Assembly (NCBI RefSeq): GCF_009914755.1
Contig: NC_060925.1
DNA from: the human T2T-CHM13v2.0 reference genome, Homo sapiens
Strand: one strand, 5' to 3'
Length of the DNA stretch: 64,000 nt
In this document: in pieces, positions 13,577 to 26,030 of the stretch
Layout: the number at the start of each line of letters is the position of its first letter
How positions within the stretch are numbered: position 1 is the first letter of the stretch
Made by a program: the position numbers and the translations under genes
The notes under the pieces: model-generated
The model's input: the letters and a program-made list of their open reading frames with translations, nothing else
Database searches by the model: none
What the model was told of the DNA's origin: nothing

Positions 13577-13876
13577 ATTTATTTATTTATTTTAAGACAG
13601 AGTCTCCCTCTGTGGCCCAGGCTGGAGTGCAGCGACATGATCTCAGCTCACTGCAACCTCTGCCTCTCTAGGTTCAAGTGATTCCCTTGCCTCAGCCTCC
13701 CAAGTAGCTAGGATTACAGGCACCCACCACCATGCCCAGTTAATTTTTGTATTTTTTGTACAGACAGGGTTTCACCATGGTGGCCAGGCTGGTCTAGAAC
13801 TCCTGACCTCAAATAATCCTCCTGCTTCAGCCTCCCAATGTGCTGGGATTACAGGCATGAGCCACCGCACCTGCCC
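13577..13876 (-). mobile_element. AluS inserted in L1 ORF2
   Basis: Full dimer; flanks gattaaagactt / gattaaaggttt. Confidence 0.95.
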
Positions 13877-15019
13877 AGATTAAAGGTTTAAATGTAAGAC
13901 TTCAAAATATAAGAATTCTAGAAGAAAACCTAGGAAACACCATTCTGGACATTGGCCTTGGAAAAGAATTTATGAATAAGTCCTCAAAAGCAATTGCAAC
14001 AAAAATAGAAATTGACAAGTAAGACCTAATTAAACTAAAGAGTTTCTTCACAGCAAAAGAAATCATCAACAGAGTAAACAGACAACTTACAGAATGGGAG
14101 AAAATATTCAAAAACTATGCACCTGTTAAAGGTATAGTATCCAGAATCTATAAGGAGCTTAATTCAATAAGCAAAACCAAATAAGCCCATTAAAAAATAG
14201 GCAAAGGACATAAACAGACACCCATCAAAAGAAGACATACAAGTGTTCAACAAACATATGGAAAAATGCTCAACATCATTAATCATCAGAGAAATCCTAA
14301 TCAAAAACACAATGAGATACTATCTCACCCCAGTCAGAATGGCTATTAATAAATATTTTTTAAAAAACAGATGCTAATGAGACTGCAGAGAAAAGGGAAT
14401 GCTTATATGCTATTGGTGGGAATGTAAATTAGTTCAGCAGTGTGGAAAGCAGTTTGGAGATTTCTCAAATAACTTAAAATAGAATTACCATTCAACCCAG
14501 CAATCCCATTACTGGGTATATATCCAAAGGAAAAAAAATCTTTCTACCAAAAATACACATGCACTTGCATGTTCGAAACAGCACTACTCAAAGTAGCCCA
14601 TTAACAGTGGGACAGAACAAAGAAAATGTGGTACATATATACCATGGAATACTATGCAACCATAAAAAAGAATGAAATCGTGTCCTTACAGCAAATGGAT
14701 GCAGCTGGAGGCTAGTAACCTAAGCAAAATAATGCAGGAACAGAAAACCAAATACTGCATCTTCTTATTTATAATTGACAGCTAAACACTGGGCACTCAT
14801 GGACGTAAAGATGGCAACAATAGACAATGCCAATTACTAGATAGAAGAGGGAGGAAGGGAATCAAGGGTTGAAAAACTAACTTTTGGGTACTATGCTCAC
14901 TTCCTGGGTGATGGATTCAATTGAACCCCAACCTCAGTATCACACAACATACCCTTGTAACAAACCTGCACATGTACTCCCTGAACCTAAAATAAAAGTT
15001 GATTTTAAAAAAAAAAAAA

Positions 15020-17706
15020 GAATCTCCCAACAAAGTAAGGCCCAGAATCTGATGGATTCAAGCCAAATTCTGCCAAATGTACAAAGAAAAACTAATATTA
15101 ATCTTCCTGAAATTATTAGAAATAATCAAAAAGAAAGAAATGATCCCTAACTGATTCTATGGGATCCACACTACTTTGATATCAATGCCAGACAAGGATA
15201 CATCAAAAAAAGAAAACTACAGGCTAATATCCCTAATGAGCATAGATGCAAAAATCCTCAACAAAATACTAGCAAACAAAATACAACAGTCCTTCAAAAA
15301 GATAACACACCATGATCTGGTGGGATTTATATCAGAAATTTGAGAATAGTTCAACATTTGCAAATCAATAAACATAAAACCTCACATCAACAGAATGAAA
15401 CACAAAAACCATATTATCATCTCAGTAGATTCAGAAAAAACATTCAATGTGATTCTACATCTCTTCATGATAAAAACCCTCAACAAGCTAGGCATTGCAG
15501 GAACATACCTCAAAATAAGAAAGGCCATATATGACAAACCCACACTTAACATCATACTAAATGGGGAAAAGTTAAAAGCCTTTCCTCTAAGAACTGGAAT
15601 GAGACAAGGATGCCCACTTTTATTATTCCTATTCAACATAGCCCTGAAAGTCCTAGCCAGAGCAGTGAGGCAAAAGAAAGAAATTAAAGGCAGGTAAATT
15701 GGAAAAGGGGAAGTCAAACTCTCCCTCTTAATTGATGATATAATCTTATATCTAAAAAATCCTAAAGATTCCACTGAAAAACTCTTAGATTTGATAAATA
15801 AATTTAATAAAGTTGCAGGGTAGAAAATCAATGTACAAAAACCATTAGTATTTCTATACATCAGTAAGAATCTAGCTGAGAAAAAAATCAAGAAGGCAAT
15901 CTTGTTTACAATAGCTAAAAAACAATAAATAAAATACCTAGGAATACATTTAACCAAGGAGGTGAAATATATCTACAAGGAAAACTACAACAACTAATGA
16001 AAGAAAATGAAGATGATACAAACAAATGAAAAAACATTCCGTGCTCATGGATTAGAAGAATTTATATTGTCAAAATGACCATATTACCTAAAGCAATCTA
16101 CAGATTCAATGCAATCCCTATCAAAATACCAAGATTGTTCTGCTCAGAAATAGAAAAAAACAATTCTACAATTCATGAGGAATAAAAAAAGAGCTCAAAT
16201 AGCCAAAAACAATTCTGAGCAAAAAGAACAAAGCTGAAAGCATCATGTTACTTGACTTCAAAATATATTGCAAGGCTATAGTAACCAGCAGGGTATTAGT
16301 ATAAAAATAGATACATAGACCAATGAAACAGAATAGATAATCCAGAAATAAAACCAGATATTTACAGCCAATTGATCTTTGACAAAGTTGGCAAGAACTT
16401 ATGCTGGGGAGAGGACACCCTTTTCAATAAGTTGTGCTGGGAAAATTCAACAGTCACATGTAGAAGAGTAAAACTGGACCCCTATGTCTCGTCATATTAA
16501 AAAAATCTCAAAATCTATTGCAATCTTAAACATAAGACTCAAAAGTATAAAAATGTGAGAAAATCTAGGGAAAAAAATCCCTGAACATTTGTCTAGGCAA
16601 ATAACTTATAACTAACAGCTCAAAAGCACATTCAACGAAAACAAAAATAAACAAATGGAGCTTAGTCAAACAAAAAAGCTTCTTCACAGCAAAAGAAGTA
16701 ATCAATAGAGTGAAGAGATAATCTGTTGAATGGGAAAAAATACTTGCAAAGTATTCATCCAACAGGGGACTAATATTCAGACTATACAAGGAACTCGACA
16801 GGAAAAAAATCCCATTAGAAAGTGGGCAAGGGACATAAATTGACATTTCTTGAAAGAAGACATACAAATGGACAACAGGTGTAAGAAAAAATGCTCAACA
16901 TCACTGATCATCAGGGAAATGCTACTCAAAATTGCAATCAGATATTATCCTACTCCAGTCAGAATGGCTAGTATTAAAAATAAATAACATGTTGGCAACA
17001 TCTTATACACTGTTGGTGGAAATGCAAACTGCTACAGCCACTATAGAAAACAGTTTGAAGGTTTCTCAGGAAACTAAAAATAGGATTACCATTGCACCCA
17101 GCAATCCCACTACTGGGTATCTACCCAAAGGAAAAGAAATCAATGTACCAAAAGGATATCTGCACTTGTTTGTTTGTTTCAGAACTATTCACAAGAGCTA
17201 AGATAATGGAATCAACCTAAATGTCCATCAAGAGATGAATGGATGAAGAAAATGTGGTATATATACAAAAGGAAATACTATTCAGCCATAAAAAAGAATG
17301 AAATAATGTCATTTGCAGAAACATGGATGGAACTGGAAGTCATTATCTTCAGTGAAATAAGCCAGGCACATAAAGACAAATATCACATGTTCTGACTTAT
17401 ATGTGGGAGCTAAAAAAAATTAGAACACATAGAGGTAGGGAGTGGAAAAAATAGATAATGGAGACCGAGAAGGGTGAGTGATGTGGGGAGGATAAAGAGA
17501 AGTAAGTTAAAGAGTACAAACATACAGTAAGATAGAAATAAATTCAATGCTTGATAATAGATTATTATATATGGGATTAGTATATTTAACAAAAATATTT
17601 TGTACTCAGATGATGCACACCCTGAATACCATGTCTTGATCACTGTGCATTATATACATGTAACAAAATTTCTTATGTGCCCCATAAATGTGCGCAAATT
17701 TAAAAA
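15020..17706 (+). mobile_element. Older L1 (L1MA-like) ORF2 RT domain to 3' end
   Basis: ORF 15395-15697 [15 protein letters not shown] (RT motif); L1MA-type 3'UTR gtacaaacatacagtaagatag...tgtgccccataaatg. Confidence 0.85.
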
Positions 17707-17759
17707 CATTACTTGGGGGTGTTGGTGGTAATCAATTTAGTTCAGCATAATTATTTGAC

Positions 17760-18740
17760 TGTATGATTTTCAAGTTACTATAGGCAATTCAAATTTTGAT
17801 GGGAATTTTAGGGCATATTAATGATACAGCAAATGAAACTTTATAGAATTTTAGTTAAATACCATTTTAACAGGTAGATATATCGTTTTGTGTGTAAAGA
17901 CATTTTTGGAGAATCTTTGGGACTAAATATGTTAAATTCGGGGACATTTGTTAAGTGATTTTTGTAGATTGTATTAAATGGAGCAAAGGAGTCAAAATCA
18001 GTGGGAAAGTTGTGACATTGTCATTAAATTGATAAATGTATATGGATAAATAATTATTAAATATATGCTTTTCATAAAGGTGGCTGTGGGAGATAGTCCA
18101 TGGGGCACTCACGTCTCACTATGGAAATTCATGTAAGTGAGGGGATCTGGAAGTACCTTGAATTGGACTGATAGTGATTTTAAATGAAATCCCGGAAATA
18201 ACTCTATCATTCTGTGATAGTGCCATGGTCTGGACCATTGGTTGAAAATTCTGCATTAAATGTTTCTCCATTGAGTTCAAAGATTCGATAAGACTCCTGA
18301 GTATGCCTATGTAGAGCAGAGCTTTATGTCTTCTTACATTTTTATAAGTGTTTTCTGTGATTTTGCCATCTACCACAACCACAGCTTACGTACAGTTGAA
18401 AACTGTCCAGGATTCATGTGGTTGGACTTATTTCTGTAATGCAACAGACCCCACTGTGATTGCTGAAAAATTGGCAGAAGTGTTTTTCATGTACAAGAAT
18501 AACTCATCAAGGAGACCATTGTTTCAGAAAAGAATGTCCAAAAGATATGGAAAAGGTAAATTAGAGCTATTTCCATATGTGGAGCAGCAGCTTAAAAGGA
18601 AAATCGGCTAATATCCTTCTAGAATATTCCTACTGTAAAATCCCAAGACTATGCCACCACTTCTCGGCTTTGGATTTCTATTTAATGTTATTTATAAATC
18701 AAATGCTAAAATAATTTAATTTATCATGAATCTAGTTCTA
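17760..18740 (+). mobile_element. Candidate highly degenerate Gypsy/ERV-like pol (integrase) relic
   Basis: One stop-interrupted frame gives IVHGALTSHYG, CDS/CIKC, LPSTTTTAYV..GW..NATDPTVIAEKLAEVF, LFQ..RYG..PY, NPKTMPPLLGF in integrase order; catalytic DDE not preserved; recognised by eye only. Confidence 0.4.
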
Positions 18741-19364
18741 AAGTATCCTTGAAATTTCCAAGTCAAGGCAGATTACATTAGCAAAGAACTTCAAAGAAGA
18801 AGCACAATACCATATGTTAGCTCTTACATGATACCCTCTCTCTTTAACCACAGTTGCACCCTGTCTACTGGTGGTCACAGTCTCTAGGAACAACTCTGAA
18901 AGCAGAAGGTAGTAAATAATGTCTTGAGGACTAAAGATTAGTTTGGCTTTATCAATGAAACTCATGTTTATTAAACATACATGGAAAGGAATTCCTCTTT
19001 TAAATAAAAAAGGTAAAATTATTATTATTTATTCATATGATTTATTACAATAAGATCTACAGTTTTTATAAGAATATTCTGTAATATCTTTGAAAATAAA
19101 ATTTTCTAATAAAGCAGAACTGGAGGTCTATCAGAATCTCTTGTGGTACTTTTCCAAACTACAAGAGATTTTCTATCTACTTTACTCCTCAAGAAATTTT
19201 GTTTTATCTAGATAACTTCTAAGTAGTCTGTCCATATTATTGATGAATTCATTTCAAGAGTGAAGTTGTTAGTACTAACACCAAGACAAAAGGCAAAACC
19301 AGGACTAGTCTAGGTAAACCAGGACATGTAGATACTTAGCTTTAAATCCCTTTTGAATTCTAAG

Positions 19365-19530
19365 GGAGTGGTTCTCAACTCTGTCTGCACATTAAGATCA
19401 GCATGACTACCTCTTGAAAATATCAATCTCTGGTCCCTACCAGAAAAACTGAGTCAGATTTTTGTGTGTGAGGAACAGTTATCAGTTCTGTAGGTTATTT
19501 TTATATGCAGCCAGAATATCCCACAGTTCT
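19365..19530. mobile_element. MER5-like hAT-Charlie element
   Basis: agtggttctcaact..ctgcacattaagatca ... tatgcagccag. Confidence 0.55.
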
Positions 19531-19607
19531 AGGAAAGCCAAGAACAAACAAGAAAGCCTAGCAAGACCTTAAGGAAGAAAAGTTTATGCTATTCATGTAG
19601 TGCTATA

Positions 19608-20045
19608 CTGATCAGGATAGGAGATGCCTTGCTGCAATAAAATCCCCAAATCTCAATGCTCTAACACAACAAAGGTTTGTTTTTCTCTCATATCATAGTC
19701 TAATGTTATTCAAGATGCCCTCCCTGATGGCATGCACCAAGCAATGACTCAAGGACCCAAGCTTCTTCTGAAGGGTATCACTTCCATCTTAAACTAATGG
19801 CTTCCATTGCTGAGATAGATGGAAGAGGTAGGGAGAGAATAGATAAGATGAGGGGTTGTCATGCTCAGGCATGGAGTACTTGCATCACTTCTGTACATAT
19901 CCAGTTGGTCCAAACCTAGTCACATGGCCACAATTTAAGAGCAAAACAAAACAAAACAACAATCCCTAGGAAATATAATCTTCCTGTGTGCCCAGGAAGA
20001 TGAAAAGGATATAAAATTTTAATAAACACATTGTATTGCCTGTCA
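19608..20045 (-). mobile_element. Old MLT1 (J/K-like) LTR
   Basis: ccccaaatctcaatg..acaacaaaggttt, catcacttct..tagtcacatggcc, ttcctgtgtgcccaggaaga. Confidence 0.6.
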
Positions 20046-20149
20046 CAAGTACTTGGAAATCTTTAGAATTGACAGAAAAGTCTGAACTCCCATTCCTCCC
20101 TCCAGATATTTATTCAGTCTCTCTTCCTATGTTTTTCCCCTCAACCTAT

Positions 20150-21022
20150 TCCTTAAAGATGGGAAAATCCCAGGCATTAGTCTTTTGTTCTCGTCTCACT
20201 TTTCATCCTCTCCCCTAGGTAAACACATCCTCTCCCATGACTTAACATTAACACTTTTTTACTGATAATTCTCAAAACTATGGCTTTAGCCCTGACCATT
20301 CTTTGGAGATCAGTCCCATTCTTCTCCCTGCCTGTGGAACAGACACCTGAACGCCTGGCAAGCTTCCCTCAATTTAGCATGTGCAAAAGTGAACTTAGTC
20401 TCAAGTAATGTCACTTTCCCTTCAATCCTATTCACCTTAAATCAACCCCCGAATCTCTCTTTCCCTGCAGCTGCAAAATCCACTTTATCACCAAATATTG
20501 TTTGTGCAACTTTAGGAGTTTTTCTGTGGTCCATACCACCAGACATTCTTGCCTCAGTTTATTGACTTTGACCGCAGTGGTCGTGTGTACTTTATTTCAT
20601 CAGCCTTCTACCATGAATTTTGTCATCACCACTAATTACTCCACGTATGAAATCTTAAATGTTAAATAAAAATTCTATTATAATTTGGCTTTCTAGCCTT
20701 CCAACTCCTTCTGTGACTCCCGCTACATCTACTCATTACCTTATCAAGGCCTTGTCCTTTTATTCACTCCTTATCAGTCACCTTCTATGCTCACTGTCTC
20801 CATACCCTATCCGGACCCTGTGATACACCACTTGATATATCACTTCACTTACCTACTCCCATGTACCCATCATTCTACACCTTGGATCAATATATTTGAA
20901 TATAATTTCCAGTAGGGCACGAAACATCTGTTTTGGTAACAGCTTTATCTCCAGCATCTAGACTAATGTCTAACACATTGTAGGCATCCAGTAAATGTTG
21001 GGTGAATAAGTGAATGAATAAA
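20150..21022 (+). mobile_element. L2 relic(s) ending in tgaat repeats
   Basis: 3' end gcatctaga..gtaggcatccagtaaatgttgggtgaataagtgaatgaat. Confidence 0.6.
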
Positions 21023-22054
21023 TTCTGAAATTTGTTTTATCCATTCCAGCACCTGACATGCTAAGATTGTTCATTGAAAATTAGTGCCATTACATTTTTA
21101 AGGTTTCCAACTCCAGGCAGACCTTTTGATTTATCTTTGATCTGATTTGGGTCCCATTTTCTTGAATAAGTATTCCAAAATCCTTATAATCCTCAGACTC
21201 CCTGCTCCATACAACAACAACAAACCCTAAGAAGTACAGTCTTCCTGTGGGCTCAGGGAGAGGAAAACGAAATAGAATGTTTAATAAATAGATTGCACTG
21301 CAAATTCAAATTTGAACCCTTCAAGTTCCAATCTTGCACCTATACACTTGTCTGTGCATTACTTCTGAGGTATCTTTCAGGAGATTTCTTTGTTTGTTTG
21401 GGTTTGTTTTGGGTTTTATGGGGGCAAGTAATTGAATCTGACTCTTGTTGGCTGATTTATATGGGGATATTAATTGGAAAGCTATTGGTTAGCTTACAGG
21501 ATGAAAAAGAACACAGAGGGTCTGGTTAAGGAAAAGCAGGAACCAGAGTAATTCCAGGAGACCAGATAATGGAATCACTGACCTCTCCAATTGCCTTTCT
21601 GAGGAGCCTCCTTATTTTTCCCTCTACCCCAGTGGATATGATGGATGTATGTTTGATCTCATCCTTGTTGCAAGCCTGAATTCTATCTGGCCTTTGTTAC
21701 TCAAAGTTTACCTCAATTTTATCTTTTTCAGTCATGAGTGAGAATTTTTTTTCTCAATTTTTCATTTCCTGAATTCTGGGATTCTCTCTAGTCCTTTTTA
21801 TTATTGTTTGAAAGAAAATCAGTTCTTTCTGAGCTCATCTATTTCTTTAATACCTTATCAGTTGGCAGCCAACTAATACATTAACTAATGAATTATTTTT
21901 CCAGACTCTTCCCCTAGAGCTATAAGTATATTAAATATAATATCTGCCTTCTATTGTAACAATAGTTCCACAAAAAAATTATTTAGTTCATAACACAGAT
22001 GGTCATTCTGCCAGCCTCCATATCAGTGTCCTTACCATCTGCTAGCTGAATACT

Positions 22055-22450
22055 AAGCCAATACCACATATTTTAGGATTTTGTTGCAGCAGCACCCAAC
22101 TTCCAAGTACCATTTTCTGTAACAGTCAGAAAGTTTAGGTTAAAGCTTCAGTAACAACTTCAAAATTTCATTAGCTTAAAACAAGATTTATACCTTGTTA
22201 AAAGGAATTGAAGCTATCTCATTTATGCTTCATGTCATCCTTACTCTAAAATCCAGGTGGACAAAGCAGTCACTAACTGTAGCACTCAACATTTGCAGAG
22301 GATATTGTGAGTTGTATACTGGTTCACTGGTCAAAACATGTCACATGGCCATGCTTAACTTCAAAGAGGGTGAAGAAGTGAAATGTGCCAGGTTTCCAGA
22401 AGGCAGAGAGCCAGGAATATTGGAAGAACAGCATTAATGACTTCCATGCC
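22055..22450. mobile_element. MLT1 LTR fragments
   Basis: gcagcacccaacttccaagtacc; tgtcacatggccatgcttaacttcaaag..cagcattaatgac. Confidence 0.5.
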
Positions 22451-22699
22451 ATATTTCTTGTTAATCTACTCAAGATTCAAAGACCCAGGAAAGAGAATGA
22501 GATCAGCTTAATGGGCTTGGCTGGAACATGGCAGCCCAGGAGTCTGACATTTCCATTGAGACCACACACAATGGAGAAGAGATTGTTTCCCAAAAGGAAA
22601 CCAGAATGTTTCACCAAAGGGAAATTACCTCTCATTTTACAAGAATGAGAGGTAATGGATGCAGGGTAAACAAACAAACAAACAAATGAAATATTACTA

Positions 22700-23630
22700 C
22701 ATAAATATTGTCTCTATTGACCTCACAAAGAAAATCCTTCATTCTTTTGAAACAATTCTCTCTCATGTCTCCCTTACAGCCCTCCTCTTGGAAGGTGATG
22801 TTCCCCAGAGGTCTTTTTCAGAACTGTTTGCACTTTAAATCCTCTTCCTGGGGATGTCATGGCTTTAACAGGCCCTTCTATGTAGGTGAATATTTTCACT
22901 GACCTTGAAATCTATACAATCAACTGCCTACTAGGACACTTTTATCTGTCTGTTACAAAATTATCTAAAATTAAACTCATATCTTACCCTAGTCCAAAAT
23001 TGCTCTTACTTCCATGTTTTTTATAATGATTGGTGACACAGATTGCCATTTATTATCTTTCATTCAGAAACTTGCAAGCAATCCTAGACACTTTCCTTAC
23101 CCAATGTGTTGGCATCTTGTTGATTTTACCTCCTAAACATTTATCAGATCTGTCTTCCTCATTCTCACTACAACTTCCTCAGGTGAGTGTGTGTGTGTGT
23201 GTGCATTTGTGTGTGTGTGGTTTGTGTGTGTGTGCATGCACATGCACTTGTGTGTGGGGCATGGTATTTTTTGAATAGCCTATTACATTTTCCTTTTCTG
23301 GCCTTGCCCTCTTCACTGAGAAAAAAAATATATTTCAAAGTATTTAATCTGATTGTCATCTCCTACTTTCAATTATCCACTATTTGTAGGAGAATCCCCA
23401 ACCTCCTTAGTATGGTACATCCCACTCTCCAGTCATGGCTCCCTGCCTCCTCTTCAGTTTCACCTTCTGCTACTTTCCTACCTGCATCTTAGTGTTCACA
23501 TTTATGAGCACAACATATTCTTCCAGACCTTTATTGCTACCTGCTATGGGCTCCTCTTGAAATTTGATTTTTTTTTTAGTCTTATTGGAAAATTTGTAGT
23601 GGTCTTTCAAAACACAATTCAGATGTTAAG
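22700..23630 (+). mobile_element. L2 relic with embedded degenerate (TG)n at 23185-23255; continues after the L1 and LTR insertions to ~25490
   Basis: caactgcctactaggacac, agaaacttgcaagcaatcctagac, aatccccaacctccttagtatgg. Confidence 0.55.
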
Positions 23631-23639
23631 ACCTTCTCT

Positions 23640-23642
<3 letters not shown>

Positions 23643-23690
<48 letters not shown>

Positions 23691-24749
23691 TATTATACTT
23701 TAAGTTCTAGGGTACATGTGCCACAATGTGCAGGTTTGTTACATATATATATATGTGCCATGTTGGTGTGCTGCACCCATTAACTTGTCATTTACATTAG
23801 GTATATCTCCTAATGCTATCCCTCAACCACTCCCCCGCCCCACAACAGGCCCCAGTATGTGATGTTCTCCTTCCTGTGTCCAAGTGTTCTCATTGTTCAA
23901 TTTCCACCTATGAGTGAGAACATGCAGTGTTTGGTTTTTTTGTCCTTGCAATAGTTTGCTGAGAATGATGGTTTCCAGCTTCATCCATGTCCCTCCAAAG
24001 ACATGAACTCATCCTTTTTTATGGCTGCATAGTATTCCATGGTGTATATGTGCCACATTTTCTTAGTCCAGTCTGTCATTGTTGGACATTTAGTTTGGTT
24101 CCGAGTCTTTGCTATTGTGAATAGTGCCGCGATAAACATATGTGTGCAAGTGTCTTTATAGCAGCATCATTTATAATCCTTTGGGTATATACCCAGTAAT
24201 GGGATGGCTGGGTCAAATGGTATTTCTAGTTTTAGATCCCTGAGGAATCACCACACTGACTTCCACAATGGTTGAACCAGTTTACAGTCCCACCAACACT
24301 GTGAAAGTGTTCCTATTTCTCCACATCCTCTCCAGCACCTGTTGTTTCCTCACTTTTTAATGATTGCCATTCTAACTGGTGTGAGATGGTATCTCATTGT
24401 GGTTTTGATTTGCATTTCTCTGATGGCCAGTGATGATGAGCATTTTTTCATGTGTCTGTTGGCTGCATAAATGTCTTCTTTTGAGAATTGTCTGTTCATA
24501 TCCTTGACCCACTTTTTGATGGGGTTGTTTGTTTTTTCTTGTAAATTTGTTTGAGTTCATTGTAGATTCTGGATACTAGCCCTTTGTCAGATGAGTAGAT
24601 TGCAAAAATTTTCTCCCATTCTGTAGGTTGCCTGTTCACTCTGGTGGTAGTTTCTTTTGCTGTGCAGAAGCTCTTTAGTTTAATTAGATCCCATTTGCCA
24701 ATTTTGGCTTTTGTTGCCATTGCTTTTGGTGTTTTAGACTTGAAGTCAT
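23643..24749 (-). mobile_element. 5'-truncated L1PA (L1PA4/5-like) with (TA)22 tail
   Basis: L1 3'UTR/ORF2 end reverse complement; perfect 13-bp TSD gaccttctctttc at 23630-23642 and 24750-24762. Confidence 0.95.
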
Positions 24750-24859
24750 GACCTTCTCTTTCAATCACACTCTGATAGAGTCAACCACTCTCTCTTTAGT
24801 GCTGCTTCTGTACTTTGTACATATTTCTACTGCATTTATAAAAAGCTGTATTTTCAATC

Positions 24860-25323
24860 TGTCACAGGAGGAGCCACAGACAGGAACCCCTCAGACACCG
24901 AGTTGTAGAAGGAAAGGGCTTTATTCAGCTGGGAGCATCGGCGGACTCACATCTCCAAAAACCGAGCTGCCCAAGTGAGCAATTCCTGTCTCTTTTAAGG
25001 GCTTACAACTCTAAGGGGGTCCAAGTGAGAGGGTTGTGATCAATTGAGCAAGCAGGGAGTACGTGACTGGGGGCTGCCTGCACCAGTAATCAGAACAGAA
25101 CTGAACAGGACAGGGATTTTCACGATGCTTTTCCCTACAATGTCTGAAATCTATAGATAACACAAGCAGTTAGGTCAGGGGTTGATTTTTAACTACCAGG
25201 CCCAGGGCATGGTGCTGGGCTATCTGCCTGTGGATTCCATTTTTGCCTTTTAGTTTTTACTTCTTCTTTCTTTGGAGGCAGAAATTGGGCATAAGACAAT
25301 ATGAGAGGTGGTCTCCTCCCTTA
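24860..25323 (-). mobile_element. HERV-E-type LTR2 (LTR2B/C-like) solo LTR
   Basis: Minus strand starts taagggaggagaccacctctcatattgtcttatgcccaatttctgcctccaaag; 4-bp TSD aatc at 24856-24859 and 25324-25327. Confidence 0.85.
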
Positions 25324-26030
25324 AATCCATGTGTTTGTATGTCTTATCCTCTGCTAGGCTTTGAGTTGCTTAAGGGTAAAAGATGTTTTATCATCTCTTT
25401 ATCTACATTCCCTAGTATAATACCTGGTAAACCAGGAAGCATTTAGCAAGTGTTTTTTAAATAAAAGGAATGAGTCCATTAATTAATTTAATCAATTCAA
25501 GTGTAGCAGGAGACTAACAGGTGGTTCTTGATCCGGTAATAATCTGTAGAGAATTAACATAGAAAGAAGTAAATGAAGTCGGGGGAAGCCACATGATTTT
25601 ATAAGTTGAGGTCAAGGCACACTGTGTACAGCACTCCACCTCAGGGACATACCAGAGAGGTGGACATACCAGAAGCCAGGAAATTCAGAAAAGAGTTGGT
25701 ACCAGAGAGACCTCTCTTCCTGTCAGGACAGTTTTCCTGGGTATTTCCAGTTTGTTCCCACATCCAAGTTCCAGGAATCACTGCCCAAAGCATTCAGTAT
25801 AAGTGTGATGCAAAATGCTTTACATTCTGTATTTACTGTTTGAAAAATTAGATAATGAGCAACCTGGAAACCAAACAATCATCTTAACTAAGGATGAGCA
25901 GGTTGATGCATAGTGCTGCTCTTCCCTTCTCCCACTCTTCCCTCCCAAGTTTTTCTTTAAGCACTCGGTCCCTTCTAGGATTGATATGGGATAAGCATGT
26001 TTGTCTAGTTGGCATGAAAATAAAAAGCTG

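Noticed and set aside
15382-15957. 191-aa hydrophobic minus-strand ORF
   Set aside because: Antisense of the A-rich L1 ORF2 RT region.
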